Assembly (NCBI GenBank): GCA_043719295.1
Contig: JAYSUD010000005.1
Span: 98,077 to 162,076, forward strand
Source: a bacterium
Lineage (GTDB): Bacteria; Patescibacteriota; Minisyncoccia; Phycocordibacterales; UBA918
Direction of reading: 5' to 3'
Length of the DNA stretch: 64,000 nt
The translations under genes were made by a program, and so were the position numbers. The notes beneath the pieces are model-generated. The model worked only from the letters and a program-made list of their open reading frames with translations, searched no databases and had not been told where the DNA came from. Positions within the stretch are counted from its first letter, which is position 1, and every line of letters starts with the position of its first letter. Shown piece after piece: positions 51,575 to 61,521 of this stretch.

Positions 51575-53647
51575 TTAAGCCAAAGCCTTTGTCGGATCAC
51601 CCGCTTTTTCTTCCGCTATTCGCGCATCTCGATACACATCATTTATTGGAACTCCTTCGGCCTTTAACAAAATTTCATACGCTTCACGTTCAAGTGTTTC
51701 AACTTCAAATAGTCTCTGAGAAATCACGTCGAGTGCAGGGCGATACTTTGTGAGGATTTCACGAGCTTTTTCTTTTCCATCTTCAATGATTTTGTTTACC
51801 TCGTCATCAATAGTCTTTGCAATCTGCGGTGAATATCCTCTATCTTCGCTCATACCTCCACCAAGCATCCTTCCTCCAGTTCCCTCAAATGCGATAGGTC
51901 CAAGCGGCGACATTCCGTATTTTGTCACCATATCGCGTGCTAGGTTTGCTACAACTTGTAAGTCGTTTGAAGGTCCAGTAGTTAAGTCATCGAAAACCAT
52001 TTGCTCAGTAACGTACCCTCCAAGTGTCATTGCAATATCATCAAGAAATTCTTTACGTGTATGCATTTTTCGATCTTCGTCTGGCAGTTTAAGTGTGTAT
52101 CCCGCAGCTCGTCCTCGAGAAATAATTGAAATTTTCTGTACAGGATCAGCGTATGGTAATACCGAAGCTACAAGTGCGTGCCCCACTTCGTGGTACGCGG
52201 TAACAAGGCGTTCTTTCTTTGAAAGCACGTGGCTTTTTCGTTCAGGACCTAACATCACTTTTTCAATAGAACGAATTAAGTCAAACTGCCCTACTGTCTT
52301 TCGCTTTTCACGCGCTGCTAAAATCGCACCTTCATTCATGAGTGAATACAAATCTGCTCCTGAGAACCCTGGTGTTCGTTGCGCAATAATCTCTAAGTTC
52401 ACATCATCTTGTAGAGGTTTTGTGCGTGCATGCACTTCAAGAATTGCTTTACGATCGTGACGATCGGGCAAGTCAATGGTGACCCGTCGGTCAAATCGCC
52501 CTGGACGTAATAGCGCTGGGTCAAGTACATCAGGACGGTTTGTTGCAGCCATCACAATCACTTTTGCATTTGGTTCAAATCCATCCATCTCAACGAGAAT
52601 TTGGTTAAGTGTTTGTTCACGTTCATCGTTGCCTCCCCCAATTCCTGTTCCTCGCACGCGTCCGACCGCATCAATTTCATCAACGAAAATAATCGACGGT
52701 GCAGACTTTTTTGCCATCTGGAATAAATCCCGCACTCGAGAAGCACCTACACCAACAAACATTTCTACGAACTCAGAACCCGAAATTGAGTAAAATGGAA
52801 CACCTGCTTCACCTGCTACCGCACGTGCAAGCAAGGTTTTTCCTGTTCCTGGTGCCCCCATCATCATGACACCCTTTGGAATTTCAGCACCAATGTCCAA
52901 AAACTTCTTCGGATTTTTTAAGAAATCAACAATTTCTTCAAGTTCCTGTTTTGCCTCTTTTGCACCAGCAACATCTTTAAAGGTAACTTTCTTTGAAGTG
53001 TCGTTTGGATCGATAAATCGTGCCTTACTTGCTCCAAAACTCATCGCCTGCATTCCTGCTCCTTTAACAGAGCGAGTGAAAAACCAGATAATAATTCCTA
53101 AGAAAAGGAGTGGGAAAATAAATGGAGCTGCATTTGAAAGCCAGTATGAAAAGCCAGTTTCATTCTGCACATCAATTTTTACCGCATTAAGTTGATCGGT
53201 AGTAACTCCGAGTGCCACAAGTGTTTCGGTAACTGCAGCATCTCGTTCTTTTTTTGCAGTACCTTTAGTCTTAGTTGCGTCAGTATACTCAACTTCAAGC
53301 TCAGCTCCACGCACAACAATTTTTGCAACCTCCCCTTTCTTTACTTGCTGTGCAATCTCAGATACTGCAAACTCTTCTGACTTTACTTGTCTATCTACTA
53401 CGTACGAATATGCGGCAGTAATAAACACCAACAGAAGTACAGTTGAAAGAATATTGTTCCAAAAATTACCCGGACCAATAGGCATGTTTTTTCCAACCCC
53501 TTTTCCATTCTTAAGCATTGGCATTTTAATACCCTTCTTTGCACTTCCTTTTTTAACTTCTTTAGACACCACTTCAACATTCTCCTTTTCTACAGGAGTT
53601 GTTGTGGTCTCTTCATTAATTTCCTCGTTTTTTTGGTTCTCTGACAT
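51575..53647 (-). CDS. ftsH: ATP-dependent zinc metalloprotease FtsH
   Basis: Two TM segments, [27 protein letters not shown]. Confidence 0.97.
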   Translation of the reverse strand: MSENQKNEEINEETTTTPVEKENVEVVSKEVKKGSAKKGIKMPMLKNGKGVGKNMPIGPGNFWNNILSTVLLLVFITAAYSYVVDRQVKSEEFAVSEIAQQVKKGEVAKIVVRGAELEVEYTDATKTKGTAKKERDAAVTETLVALGVTTDQLNAVKIDVQNETGFSYWLSNAAPFIFPLLFLGIIIWFFTRSVKGAGMQAMSFGASKARFIDPNDTSKKVTFKDVAGAKEAKQELEEIVDFLKNPKKFLDIGAEIPKGVMMMGAPGTGKTLLARAVAGEAGVPFYSISGSEFVEMFVGVGASRVRDLFQMAKKSAPSIIFVDEIDAVGRVRGTGIGGGNDEREQTLNQILVEMDGFEPNAKVIVMAATNRPDVLDPALLRPGRFDRRVTIDLPDRHDRKAILEVHARTKPLQDDVNLEIIAQRTPGFSGADLYSLMNEGAILAAREKRKTVGQFDLIRSIEKVMLGPERKSHVLSKKERLVTAYHEVGHALVASVLPYADPVQKISIISRGRAAGYTLKLPDEDRKMHTRKEFLDDIAMTLGGYVTEQMVFDDLTTGPSNDLQVVANLARDMVTKYGMSPLGPIAFEGTGGRMLGGGMSEDRGYSPQIAKTIDDEVNKIIEDGKEKAREILTKYRPALDVISQRLFEVETLEREAYEILLKAEGVPINDVYRDARIAEEKAGDPTKALA

Positions 53648-53712
53648 AGAGTGTCATTATACAGAAATGAGGCTATTTGGCGAGTAATTTGATATAGTTG
53701 GGATAATAAAAT

Positions 53713-54159
53713 ATGAGCGCATACATTAGTAATAAAAAGGCATCGTTTAACTTTGAACTCCTTGAAACCTTTGAGGCAGGAGCGGTGCTTTTTGGGTATG
53801 AGGTAAAGTCCATTCGCGCAGGTAAAGGAAAGCTTGAAGGAGCTCACGTGGTTATCCGAGGTGGTGAGGCATTTTTGGTAGGTGCTTCAATCACCGCTTT
53901 TCAGCCTGTAAATACTCCAAAAAGTTATGATCAAGAACGTGCACGAAAACTTCTTTTGTCTAAAAAAGAACTCCAGGTTCTTGAACGTCAAAGTGAGAAT
54001 GCTGGCTTGACAATAGTGCCATTAAAGTGGTATAATAGTGGACGCAATGTAAAGCTTGCAATTGCTATCGGCCGTGGTAAAAAGAAGGTCGATAAACGTG
54101 AAGCGCTCAAGGAGCGTGACACAAAAAGAGAAATCAATCGTACCTTGAAAGAACAATAG
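53713..54159 (+). CDS. smpB: SsrA-binding protein
   Basis: NKKA.F, EAG..L.G.EVKSIR, RKLLL.K.E, GKK..DKR. Confidence 0.96.
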   Translation: MSAYISNKKASFNFELLETFEAGAVLFGYEVKSIRAGKGKLEGAHVVIRGGEAFLVGASITAFQPVNTPKSYDQERARKLLLSKKELQVLERQSENAGLTIVPLKWYNSGRNVKLAIAIGRGKKKVDKREALKERDTKREINRTLKEQ

Positions 54160-54540
54160 AATCTTCGCTACAGTGAGATGGGTTCACATTCGGTGGCACA
54201 TCAAAAAATCAAACAACAAGTTGAGGGCAGTGACTAATGGCTGATATCGTAATACTCCAATTCGGGACAAAACGTGATCCCGAAACAGAGCAAAAGCAGA
54301 TAGAACTGCTGACAAAACGGGTCTTGAATGAGATCTACAAAGGCAGAGTTGCAGAAATGCTCTCTGATATGCGGCACGACACTTTTAAAGGTGAATGCTC
54401 GCACTTGAAGCTGTGGCTCCAAGAAAAACTTGAGGTAGTTCAAGTTTCAAGACCAGTTCGCGTACTAATACAGTAAGCGAACGAGAGGAACGACTCGAGC
54501 AGTATCCTGCCGTTCCTCCCATCTCACTGCAGCGAATATT
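54160..54540. mobile_element. possible miniature element: 23-bp imperfect terminal inverted repeats around a small ORF
   Basis: aatcttcgctacagtgagatggg (54160-54182) versus reverse complement of 54518-54540, 2 mismatches. Confidence 0.45.
54237..54476 (+). CDS. hypothetical protein (79 aa)
   Basis: GAGG RBS upstream; lies inside the inverted repeats. Confidence 0.55.
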   Translation: MADIVILQFGTKRDPETEQKQIELLTKRVLNEIYKGRVAEMLSDMRHDTFKGECSHLKLWLQEKLEVVQVSRPVRVLIQ

Positions 54541-54590
54541 AATTTAGATACAAACCGGTGGTCATATGACCCCAAAAAAGGGAGAGAACT

Positions 54591-54758
54591 ATGCTGTACA
54601 ATGACCCGACTCTGATGATTGTAGTAATGGCGATACTGTATATCCCCATTGCAATTTTTTTCACAATTCTCGGATTCAGACTACTACTTTGGAGACGAGC
54701 AAAAAAGCACGTCCCCCGGCGGACACTATATAAGTCCGCCCCATCATTTTGTATCTAA
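54591..54758 (+). CDS. small single-TM protein (55 aa, below the ORF-track cutoff)
   Basis: GGGAGAG RBS; MLYNDPTLMIVVMAILYIPIAIFFTILGFRLLLWRRAKK... hydrophobic helix plus basic tail. Confidence 0.55.
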   Translation: MLYNDPTLMIVVMAILYIPIAIFFTILGFRLLLWRRAKKHVPRRTLYKSAPSFCI

Positions 54759-54887
54759 ACAATATACGCACACTATCCCCTGAAAATTTTTAAATTCAAT
54801 TTGAAAATTGTAAGAGACTTACAACTTGTACGTCATGATGTATGTACAACCTTCCCATTGAGTATTTAAGCTATTTGAATTTTCAAT

Positions 54888-55280
54888 GGGGATGCTAGGC
54901 ATCGACGGTTAGTCCCTGCTGTTGTGTGCAGTGTCAAAAGAGCATGTGGATTTGTAAAAATACATGCAACACTTACGTGCTAAGAATAACGTAGTAAGTC
55001 CATACTTCTCGAAGTTGGATCTCGTACCCGCTCTCGCGTAACCCGCGACGGCCGGTCGACATTGTTTCTCTTGAGGTTTCATAGAGAGAATTGCAGTGTA
55101 ATAAAAATGAAACTTGAAAGTAGTACCCCTTCCTAGTACTACTTAGACCTTCTTAGGAATCGAGAGTGTACGATTTTGTTTATCTTATACGTCCACCCTT
55201 TAAATCAAAAGAAATACTACACACTGTAGACGCGCGATAGCAACCTAATTCGGACGTGGATTCAATTTCCACCATCTCCA
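54888..55280 (+). ncRNA. ssrA: tmRNA
   Basis: GGGGATG...TCGAC 5' end; GTGGA-TTCAATT-TCCAC-CATCTCC-A 3' end with G3.U; tag frame 54979-55041 AKNNVVSPYFSKLDLVPALA*; near smpB. Confidence 0.93.
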
Positions 55281-55281
55281 C

Positions 55282-55489
55282 AATTTAAAAATCTGCACAC
55301 ATTTTTCGTGGGCGATTTTTATTTGTGGAGATGGTGAACAGGCAAACTGCTTTGCCTGTGTGAAATTGAATCAAGCGGAAGCATGTTGCCTTGCAACAGC
55401 TGAGCTCGGGGAGGAAGTTCTTAGTAATTTAGGAACGAAGTGAACTTAAGTACTTAGAAACTTGACCCTTCAATTTCCACTATCTCCAC
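55282..55489 (+). repeat. tmRNA trailer element (antisense and sense copies of the tmRNA 3' end)
   Basis: tgtggagatggtg[hairpin]gaaattgaatc at 55324-55372; direct copy ttcaatttccactatctccac at 55469-55489 (20/21 match). Confidence 0.82.
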
Positions 55490-55574
55490 CGACACATAAA
55501 ATCACTCAGATCCATGAGTGGTTTTATGTTTTATTTGGCACGGTGACCCACGGAAGTATGTCATACTTATATAT

Positions 55575-56336
55575 ATGCAAACTGAATCTTTTTACTATAA
55601 AAAAGGAACTGCGGTTCCATTTGCGCTTGCCATTGCAGGGATCGTAAGCACTCTTACAGTTGCTGGATTAATGGCAAATTCTTTTAGTGCATATCCTCAA
55701 GCGGACATGAGAACAGAGGCTGATCTCAAAACACGAACTATTGGTGAGACGTTTCAAGTGAAGTTGGTTGTAGAGTCATCAGTACCTGTCAATGCCTTTT
55801 CTGGAGATTTGTCATTTAATACAGATGTGCTCACTGTTGAGCGAATTGATTACAACATCTCTATTGCAGACTTGTGGGTAAAAGAACCTTGGTACAGTAA
55901 CGGTGACGGGACCATTCACTTTGCAGGAGGCACCACAAAACAAGGAGGTTTTACAGGAACTGACACCCTCTTAACTATTACCTTTACAACACGTAAAGAA
56001 GGTCAGGGATTTATTGGAATTAATAATGCACGCATCTTACAGCACGATGGACTTGGGACAGATACAAAACTTAAAGAATCATTTGATATGCTCTTTGTTG
56101 TACAAAATTCTGCAACAAATACTATTGATATCTTACGAAAGACAGATCCAAAAAGTACTTGGTACGCCGTACAAAAAGATAAACCAACAACAGATCTGAA
56201 CAAAGATGGAGCACAAACAATTATTGATGTAAGTATTTTTATGATGCACACGGTTCGCCAGAATATGCAGTCTGACTTTAATCAAGATGGGGTCGTAGGA
56301 GCAGCTGATTTAAGTATCTTAATGGGAAAAGAGTAA
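55575..56336 (+). CDS. membrane-anchored cohesin-like plus dockerin-like domain protein
   Basis: N-terminal TM helix; GETF.V.L.V....VNA....L.F..D.L.V cohesin-like; DLNKDG...D.S and DFNQDG.V...DLS duplicated EF-hand-like motifs. Confidence 0.75.
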   Translation: MQTESFYYKKGTAVPFALAIAGIVSTLTVAGLMANSFSAYPQADMRTEADLKTRTIGETFQVKLVVESSVPVNAFSGDLSFNTDVLTVERIDYNISIADLWVKEPWYSNGDGTIHFAGGTTKQGGFTGTDTLLTITFTTRKEGQGFIGINNARILQHDGLGTDTKLKESFDMLFVVQNSATNTIDILRKTDPKSTWYAVQKDKPTTDLNKDGAQTIIDVSIFMMHTVRQNMQSDFNQDGVVGAADLSILMGKE

Positions 56337-56373
56337 TAAAAGAAACTGTTGATACAGTGCTACACTGATACGT

Positions 56374-56727
56374 ATGAAAACATACACGGGAAGTTGCCAC
56401 TGCAAGAAGGTGCGGTACGAAGTCGATATTGAACATCTGAAGGAAGTTATATCTTGTAATTGCTCTATCTGTTCTAAGCGAGGATGGTTGCTTACCTTTG
56501 TACCAAAAGCTTCATTTAGACTTATTACAGGTGAAGATGAACTTACAGACTACCAGTTTAATAAACATCTCATTCACCATCTGTTCTGTACCACCTGTGG
56601 CACCGCTTCATTTGGAACTGGAAGCGATGGTCAAGGTAACGAATCTATCGCAATCAACGTCCGTTGCCTTGATGATGTAGACATTGATTCCCTGGTAATT
56701 TCCAAATACGACGGTAAGAATATATAA
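56374..56727 (+). CDS. GFA/CENP-V family protein
   Basis: GSCHC, CNCSIC.KRG, H.FC..CG, INVRCL. Confidence 0.92.
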   Translation: MKTYTGSCHCKKVRYEVDIEHLKEVISCNCSICSKRGWLLTFVPKASFRLITGEDELTDYQFNKHLIHHLFCTTCGTASFGTGSDGQGNESIAINVRCLDDVDIDSLVISKYDGKNI

Positions 56728-56730
56728 CGT

Positions 56731-56755
56731 AAAAAACTCCCTTAGGGAGTTTTTT
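56731..56755. terminator. bidirectional terminator
   Basis: aaaaaactccc-tta-gggagtttttt. Confidence 0.65.
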
Positions 56756-57221
56756 ATTCTTTTTCTTCGCTTTGACTTATTGCTTCAAGCACGCGCATAT
56801 ACGCAAGAAAATCAAGTGGCGACACACCCGTAATCCATGTTCTACTTACCACCCGAAGTTTACGTTCGATAGTTACAACCAATGATGATCCCTCTTTAGT
56901 GAGGTGTATATTCTTTGCTCGTGAATCAACGTTACTTTTTTCAATGGTAACAAGTCCTCTTTTTTGGAGCTCAGCAATAATTCTTGTTACAAAAGGAGGC
57001 TTCACACCAAGTGCATCTGCAATGTCTATCAAATATAACGTCTCTTCACTTGTTTCATACAATATACCCAACAGTGCCCAATCTACCGTTGATAAATCAT
57101 ACACAGAAAGAAATGCTGTTGTTTTCTTTTTAAGAATACGATAACTCTTAGCCTGTAAGAGGCCAATCGAGTACGTTGAAAACTTTTTTTTGTAGGAAAT
57201 GAGACGTTTTATGAGATTCAT
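56754..57221 (-). CDS. MarR-family transcriptional regulator
   Basis: IAD.LGV....VTR.I.EL..RGLV......DSR.K.I.LT.EG. Confidence 0.9.
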   Translation of the reverse strand: MNLIKRLISYKKKFSTYSIGLLQAKSYRILKKKTTAFLSVYDLSTVDWALLGILYETSEETLYLIDIADALGVKPPFVTRIIAELQKRGLVTIEKSNVDSRAKNIHLTKEGSSLVVTIERKLRVVSRTWITGVSPLDFLAYMRVLEAISQSEEKE

Positions 57222-57262
57222 AGTTTTGTATACCCACTAGTATATTGCCCTTTCTTGAAATA

Positions 57263-57297
57263 TGCTATACTAAATTTACTTAACTTAGTTAAGTAAA
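57263..57297 (+). promoter_or_regulatory. extended -10 promoter and perfect palindrome (candidate MarR operator)
   Basis: TGcTATACT at 57263-57271; TTTACTTAACT-T-AGTTAAGTAAA at 57275-57297 between divergent marR and fasciclin genes. Confidence 0.65.
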
Positions 57298-57355
57298 GGT
57301 ACTCCATGGCTTTACCTATTGGTAGTACAGATTTATTTAATATAAAAAAATACAT

Positions 57356-57973
57356 ATGAAAAATAATGGATTGATTATCGGAATTATTGGAGTGATTATT
57401 CTTGGAGTCTTAGTGTATATGTTCTCAAATAATGATGCTGAGATACAAAATACAACAGTAAACACACAAACGCCACCGGTAACACAGAATAATACAGCAC
57501 CAACAACAAATACACCTGAAGAAACAGGCGTAATGGTTGGAGGTGCAATGATGCTCCCAAGTCTTGATATTGTAGATAATGCTGCTAAAGCAAAAAATGT
57601 AACAACTGTCGTAGCGGCTGTAACTGCTGCAGGACTTGTTGATACACTTAAGGGTCCTGGACCGTTTACTGTATTTGCACCAAGTAACACTGCGTTTGAA
57701 AAGTTGCCCGCAGGTACTGTTGACACACTTCTTAAACCTGAAAACAAAACAAAGTTATCAGAAATACTGACCTATCACGTAGTTGCAGGAAGATACACCA
57801 CAGCCGACCTCAAGGATGGACAAGTATTAGAAACTGTTAATGGACAAGATATCACCATCAAAAAGGTCGGTAACAAAATTACTGTTAATGGATCTGCTAT
57901 GGTAGAAACAGCAGATGTGATTTCAAGTAACGGTGTCACGTTCGTAATTGATACTGTACTAATGCCGAAGTAG
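57356..57973 (+). CDS. fasciclin (FAS1) domain protein
   Basis: AAGLVDTL.GPGPFTVFAP.N.AF, ILTYHVV, NGV...IDTVL.P. Confidence 0.93.
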   Translation: MKNNGLIIGIIGVIILGVLVYMFSNNDAEIQNTTVNTQTPPVTQNNTAPTTNTPEETGVMVGGAMMLPSLDIVDNAAKAKNVTTVVAAVTAAGLVDTLKGPGPFTVFAPSNTAFEKLPAGTVDTLLKPENKTKLSEILTYHVVAGRYTTADLKDGQVLETVNGQDITIKKVGNKITVNGSAMVETADVISSNGVTFVIDTVLMPK

Positions 57974-57991
57974 TTAGTTGTTAAGAACCCT

Positions 57992-58035
57992 ACACATAAA
58001 AAGAAGACTCCCTAGGGAGTCTTCTTTTTATGTGT
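57992..58035. terminator. long bidirectional terminator
   Basis: acacataaaaagaagactccc-ta-gggagtcttctttttatgtgt. Confidence 0.7.
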
Positions 58036-58050
58036 ATTACTAGACATTAT

Positions 58051-58662
58051 CTATACTTCTTTTGTATCAACGTTCTTGAATGTCACCACACGATAAAAAT
58101 AAATGCCGAAGAACGTGAAGATGATCCCGTTTGATATAAAGTCGATATATACTGACATAGTTTCATACTGACTCTCAAGTACATACCCTAAGAAAAGAAG
58201 CATCGATGTCCAGATAGTGGTACCGAAAAAAGAGTAGAGCACAAAACGGCCAAACGGCATTCGCGCAATTCCTGCAGGCACAGAGATGAGTGTTCTAACA
58301 GTAGGCATGATACGCCCGAAGAATACCGCAAGGTGTCCATGTTTACTAAACCATGTTTGTGCAGCATCAATGTCATCGGCAGATACCGTCATCACTCTTC
58401 CATATTTTAAAGAAAGTTTTTTTAGTCGTGGTACGCCATAGAGACGTCCAAGAAAGTACCACGGAATACAACCGACAAGTCCCCCACTTATTGTTGCTAT
58501 CAATACTCCAATGATATTAAGTTCTCCTTTTGCCGCAGCAAACCCTGCAAGTGGAATAACTAACTCAGAGGGAATTGGCGGAAAAAGGTTTTCTAATACC
58601 ATTAGAAAAAAAATCCCTAAATACCCTCCTGCTTCAATAATGTATAAAATCCATTCAAACAT
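58051..58662 (-). CDS. DedA family membrane protein
   Basis: EN.FPPIPSE...P.AGF, GR.MP.VRTLIS.PAG. Confidence 0.93.
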   Translation of the reverse strand: MFEWILYIIEAGGYLGIFFLMVLENLFPPIPSELVIPLAGFAAAKGELNIIGVLIATISGGLVGCIPWYFLGRLYGVPRLKKLSLKYGRVMTVSADDIDAAQTWFSKHGHLAVFFGRIMPTVRTLISVPAGIARMPFGRFVLYSFFGTTIWTSMLLFLGYVLESQYETMSVYIDFISNGIIFTFFGIYFYRVVTFKNVDTKEV

Positions 58663-58739
58663 ATGTACGTATTATGGCTCTTAGTATAACAGTATGGTCA
58701 GGTCAAAAATGAACAACTCCCCATCTATCCTGATAGAAG

Positions 58740-59144
58740 CTACTTATAACAAGCGATAAGTGACGCACCTTCTAGTACCGATGGTGTTGCACCTGCCATA
58801 ATTTCTGCTACACGGGCTTTCCCTACTTTTGCTTCTGCACAGGCAATCATCGCTGGAGTTAATGTAGCTTCATCAGGGTTAAGGCCGAACGATTCAAGCA
58901 TTTTTTTCTGACCTGATGACAGGCCACTTTGTGAACTTGAATCTCCTTGTGCAGGTACATCACTTTGCCCAACATTATTTACACCACTTTGTTGAGTATT
59001 TTCTGAGCTATTTTGTTTTAGCATATCCGAGGTATCGTCTGCAATTGAATTGAGCCTGGTTTCTATCCCTGACCTTCCAAGAACAAACCCTATAGCTAAA
59101 GCTAAGAGAACCACACATACCCATCCAACAATTTTTATATTCAT
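58740..59144 (-). CDS. hypothetical membrane-anchored protein
   Basis: N-terminal TM helix, low-complexity linker, C-terminal Cys pair. Confidence 0.65.
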   Translation of the reverse strand: MNIKIVGWVCVVLLALAIGFVLGRSGIETRLNSIADDTSDMLKQNSSENTQQSGVNNVGQSDVPAQGDSSSQSGLSSGQKKMLESFGLNPDEATLTPAMIACAEAKVGKARVAEIMAGATPSVLEGASLIACYK

Positions 59145-59253
59145 CACTACAGTATACTCCTCTTTTAATCTCATTTTCTGGATAGGTATTACCCCCTCTT
59201 TCCCACAAAATCATAACGTTGATTTGGGTACTCTTTGCTATACTGTTCCAACT

Positions 59254-59670
59254 ATGCTTGATGATTCATACAGACCAGAGGTAAAAGTAAAGAAAAGTTC
59301 TGCTGGACTTGGCCTTTTTGCAAATGAAGATATTAAAAAAGACCAACTTGTTATTGAGTACACTGGTGAACGCATTACTGAAGCTGTCGCAAATAAACGA
59401 GGTGGTCGCTATCTCTTTGAAGTTACCGATGACTTAGTTATTGATGGTAAGGGGCGAGAAAACAAAGCTCGCTACATTAACCATGCCTGCAAACCTAATT
59501 GTGAAGCAGAGCATGATGAAGATGAACATCGAATCTACATCCGTGCATGCAAAAATATTAAGAAAGGTGACGAACTTTCATACAATTACGGAAAGGTGTA
59601 CATGAAAGAAATCATTGGACCTGAGGGTTGCTTGTGTACCACCTGTACTGCAAAGAGTTTGAAAAAATAA
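59254..59670 (+). CDS. SET-domain protein-lysine methyltransferase
   Basis: GLGLFA, IEYTGE, ARYINHAC.PNC, ELSYNY, post-SET C.C..C. Confidence 0.92.
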   Translation: MLDDSYRPEVKVKKSSAGLGLFANEDIKKDQLVIEYTGERITEAVANKRGGRYLFEVTDDLVIDGKGRENKARYINHACKPNCEAEHDEDEHRIYIRACKNIKKGDELSYNYGKVYMKEIIGPEGCLCTTCTAKSLKK

Positions 59671-59718
59671 AAACAAAGATGCAATTGTCTCTTTGTTTTT
59701 ATTTTATATACGCGGTAT

Positions 59719-60243
59719 CTACTCAGTAATTGGTTCTGCTTCAGCACTCACTTCTGTTGATGGAACTGTCTCAGCTGACGATGTTGACGAAGCAGATACA
59801 GATGCCGAACTTGACGAAGTGTCGTCTGTTGATGTGGCTACGGGAACAGCGACCTCTGGAGCTGCCTGTCCCATTCCAACAAGCCCACCATTTGGTGCAC
59901 CTGCACCTGCTTGTTCAATTGGTACAGACTGTAAGGCAGCTTGCTCGTCGCCAGTTGCGTTTTGCTTTCGATCGCGGATTGTGTTTTCAACGCTAAGCTG
60001 TCCCGTATCTGAAAAACCTATTAAGGCTGAGGCCCCCATAACCAAGAGAAACAAGGTGAAGCCGACAATAAGAACTTTAGGAGAACGTCTAGTTTTTGAT
60101 GCGACAACCACTGTTTTTACTGGAGCTTTTCTTGTTGTAGTACGAACTGGTTTCGCTGCAGAAGAAGAACCAGATACCGTTTTAGTGGTTGTCCGACGTA
60201 CTACTTTTTTTGCGGTTGTTTTACGAACTACTTTCTCTGTCAT
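59719..60243 (-). CDS. membrane protein with Lys/Arg/Thr-rich N-terminal tail and acidic Ser/Thr-rich C terminus
   Basis: KVVRKTTAKKVVRRTTTK..., one TM helix, low-complexity tail. Confidence 0.7.
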   Translation of the reverse strand: MTEKVVRKTTAKKVVRRTTTKTVSGSSSAAKPVRTTTRKAPVKTVVVASKTRRSPKVLIVGFTLFLLVMGASALIGFSDTGQLSVENTIRDRKQNATGDEQAALQSVPIEQAGAGAPNGGLVGMGQAAPEVAVPVATSTDDTSSSSASVSASSTSSAETVPSTEVSAEAEPITE

Positions 60244-60474
60244 AGAAAAAAGGTGTATCGTAATTGTAGCATCATCTCTTCTATTTTATTTTCTTTTTTA
60301 CGCATTTATACACACATTGAATCTCTATAATTTTTAGAAACTCATTTGCATTATTTAAAAAAGTGATCAGTTGTGTCTAAAGGTGTGGTCTTTGTTTTTA
60401 GCCATATCTGTGGTACATTGCATGTATCAACAGTTAGTGCTGTGAGGTGTACAAAGTGAGGGCTTCGTATACGC

Positions 60475-60599
60475 TAGGACAAACGAAAATGGCACACTTC
60501 TTCGTTGTACTACACAAAATAATCCTCGATGTACAACAACGTACACCTCGTTTTATTTTGTTTGTACGTCTCGAATTGCACTCATTTTCATTTGTCCTA
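60475..60599 (-). repeat. palindromic GTAC-hairpin repeat, copy 3
   Basis: Terminal IR taggacaaa; reverse-complement homolog of 29615-29739. Confidence 0.8.
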
Positions 60600-60648
60600 C
60601 ATAGACCAGGAGTTCCCGCTCCGCCAATTATAAAATAAGATCATCTAC

Positions 60649-61323
60649 TTGATAACAGAACGCAAACAATATAGCCAGAAAGATAAAACTCGAATTAACC
60701 ATGCCATTCGTGCAAAAGAACTGCGCGTCATTGGGTCACAAGGAGAGAATCTTGGTGTTATTACTGTAGAAGAAGCACTTAAAGAAGCAGATCGGGTAAA
60801 CCTTGATCTTATTGAAATTTCTCCAAACGCCAAACCTCCTGTTGCGAAGATTATGGACTTCGGTCAATATCGCTACGAAACAAAGCGAAAGGCAAACGAA
60901 GTAAAGCTAAAATCACACGTCACAGAGACTAAGAGTGTCCAAGTAAAGATTGGAACCGGTGAACACGATCAACAGCTCAAAGCCAAGCGTTCAGCAGAAT
61001 GGCTCAACGAAGGCCATCGAGTAAAAGTAGACCTATTCCTCTCAGGGAGATACAAGTACATGGAACAAGGGTTCCTTAAAGAGCGACTCGAGCGTTTCTT
61101 GAAGATTATCCCTGCCGAGTACAAGCTTGCAGATGAAATCAAAAAAAGTCCTAAAGGATTCAGTGTGACCCTTGAACGTGTCGGAAAAAGTGTCAAAGCA
61201 CCGAAGATTATTAAGGAAAGTGATGTTGTAAAAGCTGAGGTACCAGAAGAAACAACAACAGAAACTGTTTCCAAATCAAAGAAAAAGACCCTCGACGAGC
61301 TACTCGATCTCGGAATGGTGTAA
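60649..61323 (+). CDS. infC: translation initiation factor IF-3 (C-terminal extension; non-ATG start)
   Basis: RINHAIR..E.RVI, LDL.EISP.A.PPVAKIMDFG, HD...K; start TTG or ATA. Confidence 0.95.
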   Translation: MITERKQYSQKDKTRINHAIRAKELRVIGSQGENLGVITVEEALKEADRVNLDLIEISPNAKPPVAKIMDFGQYRYETKRKANEVKLKSHVTETKSVQVKIGTGEHDQQLKAKRSAEWLNEGHRVKVDLFLSGRYKYMEQGFLKERLERFLKIIPAEYKLADEIKKSPKGFSVTLERVGKSVKAPKIIKESDVVKAEVPEETTTETVSKSKKKTLDELLDLGMV

Positions 61324-61324
61324 C

Positions 61325-61449
61325 ATAAACGCGTTTTTTAAGCCCATCTGCGTCGTTGCCTGCGTCATAAAAAAGTTCAACGTACTCAATGTACGTCTCA
61401 CATTTTTATTCCTTGTCGCCTCGCATCTGAACCTAAAAACCACGTTTAT
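61325..61449 (-). repeat. palindromic GTAC-hairpin repeat, copy 4
   Basis: Terminal IR ataaacg; ccatctgcgtcgttg...acgtac-tcaat-gtacgt...cgcctcgcatctg. Confidence 0.7.
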
Positions 61450-61521
61450 AGAAATTAAGTGGACAAATTGAGCAGAATACGCTATAGTTCTCCCACTTTT
61501 TGCCTTATAAAGTCAATTATT

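Noticed and set aside
51750-53195. Long antisense ORFs opposite ftsH (and similar ones opposite ligA, pyrC, pilM and the surface protein)
   Set aside because: Shadow frames of well-conserved genes.
55282-55489. Integrated prophage or genomic island at ssrA
   Set aside because: The direct repeat is only 208 bp downstream and encloses no integrase or ORF; kept as a trailer element instead.
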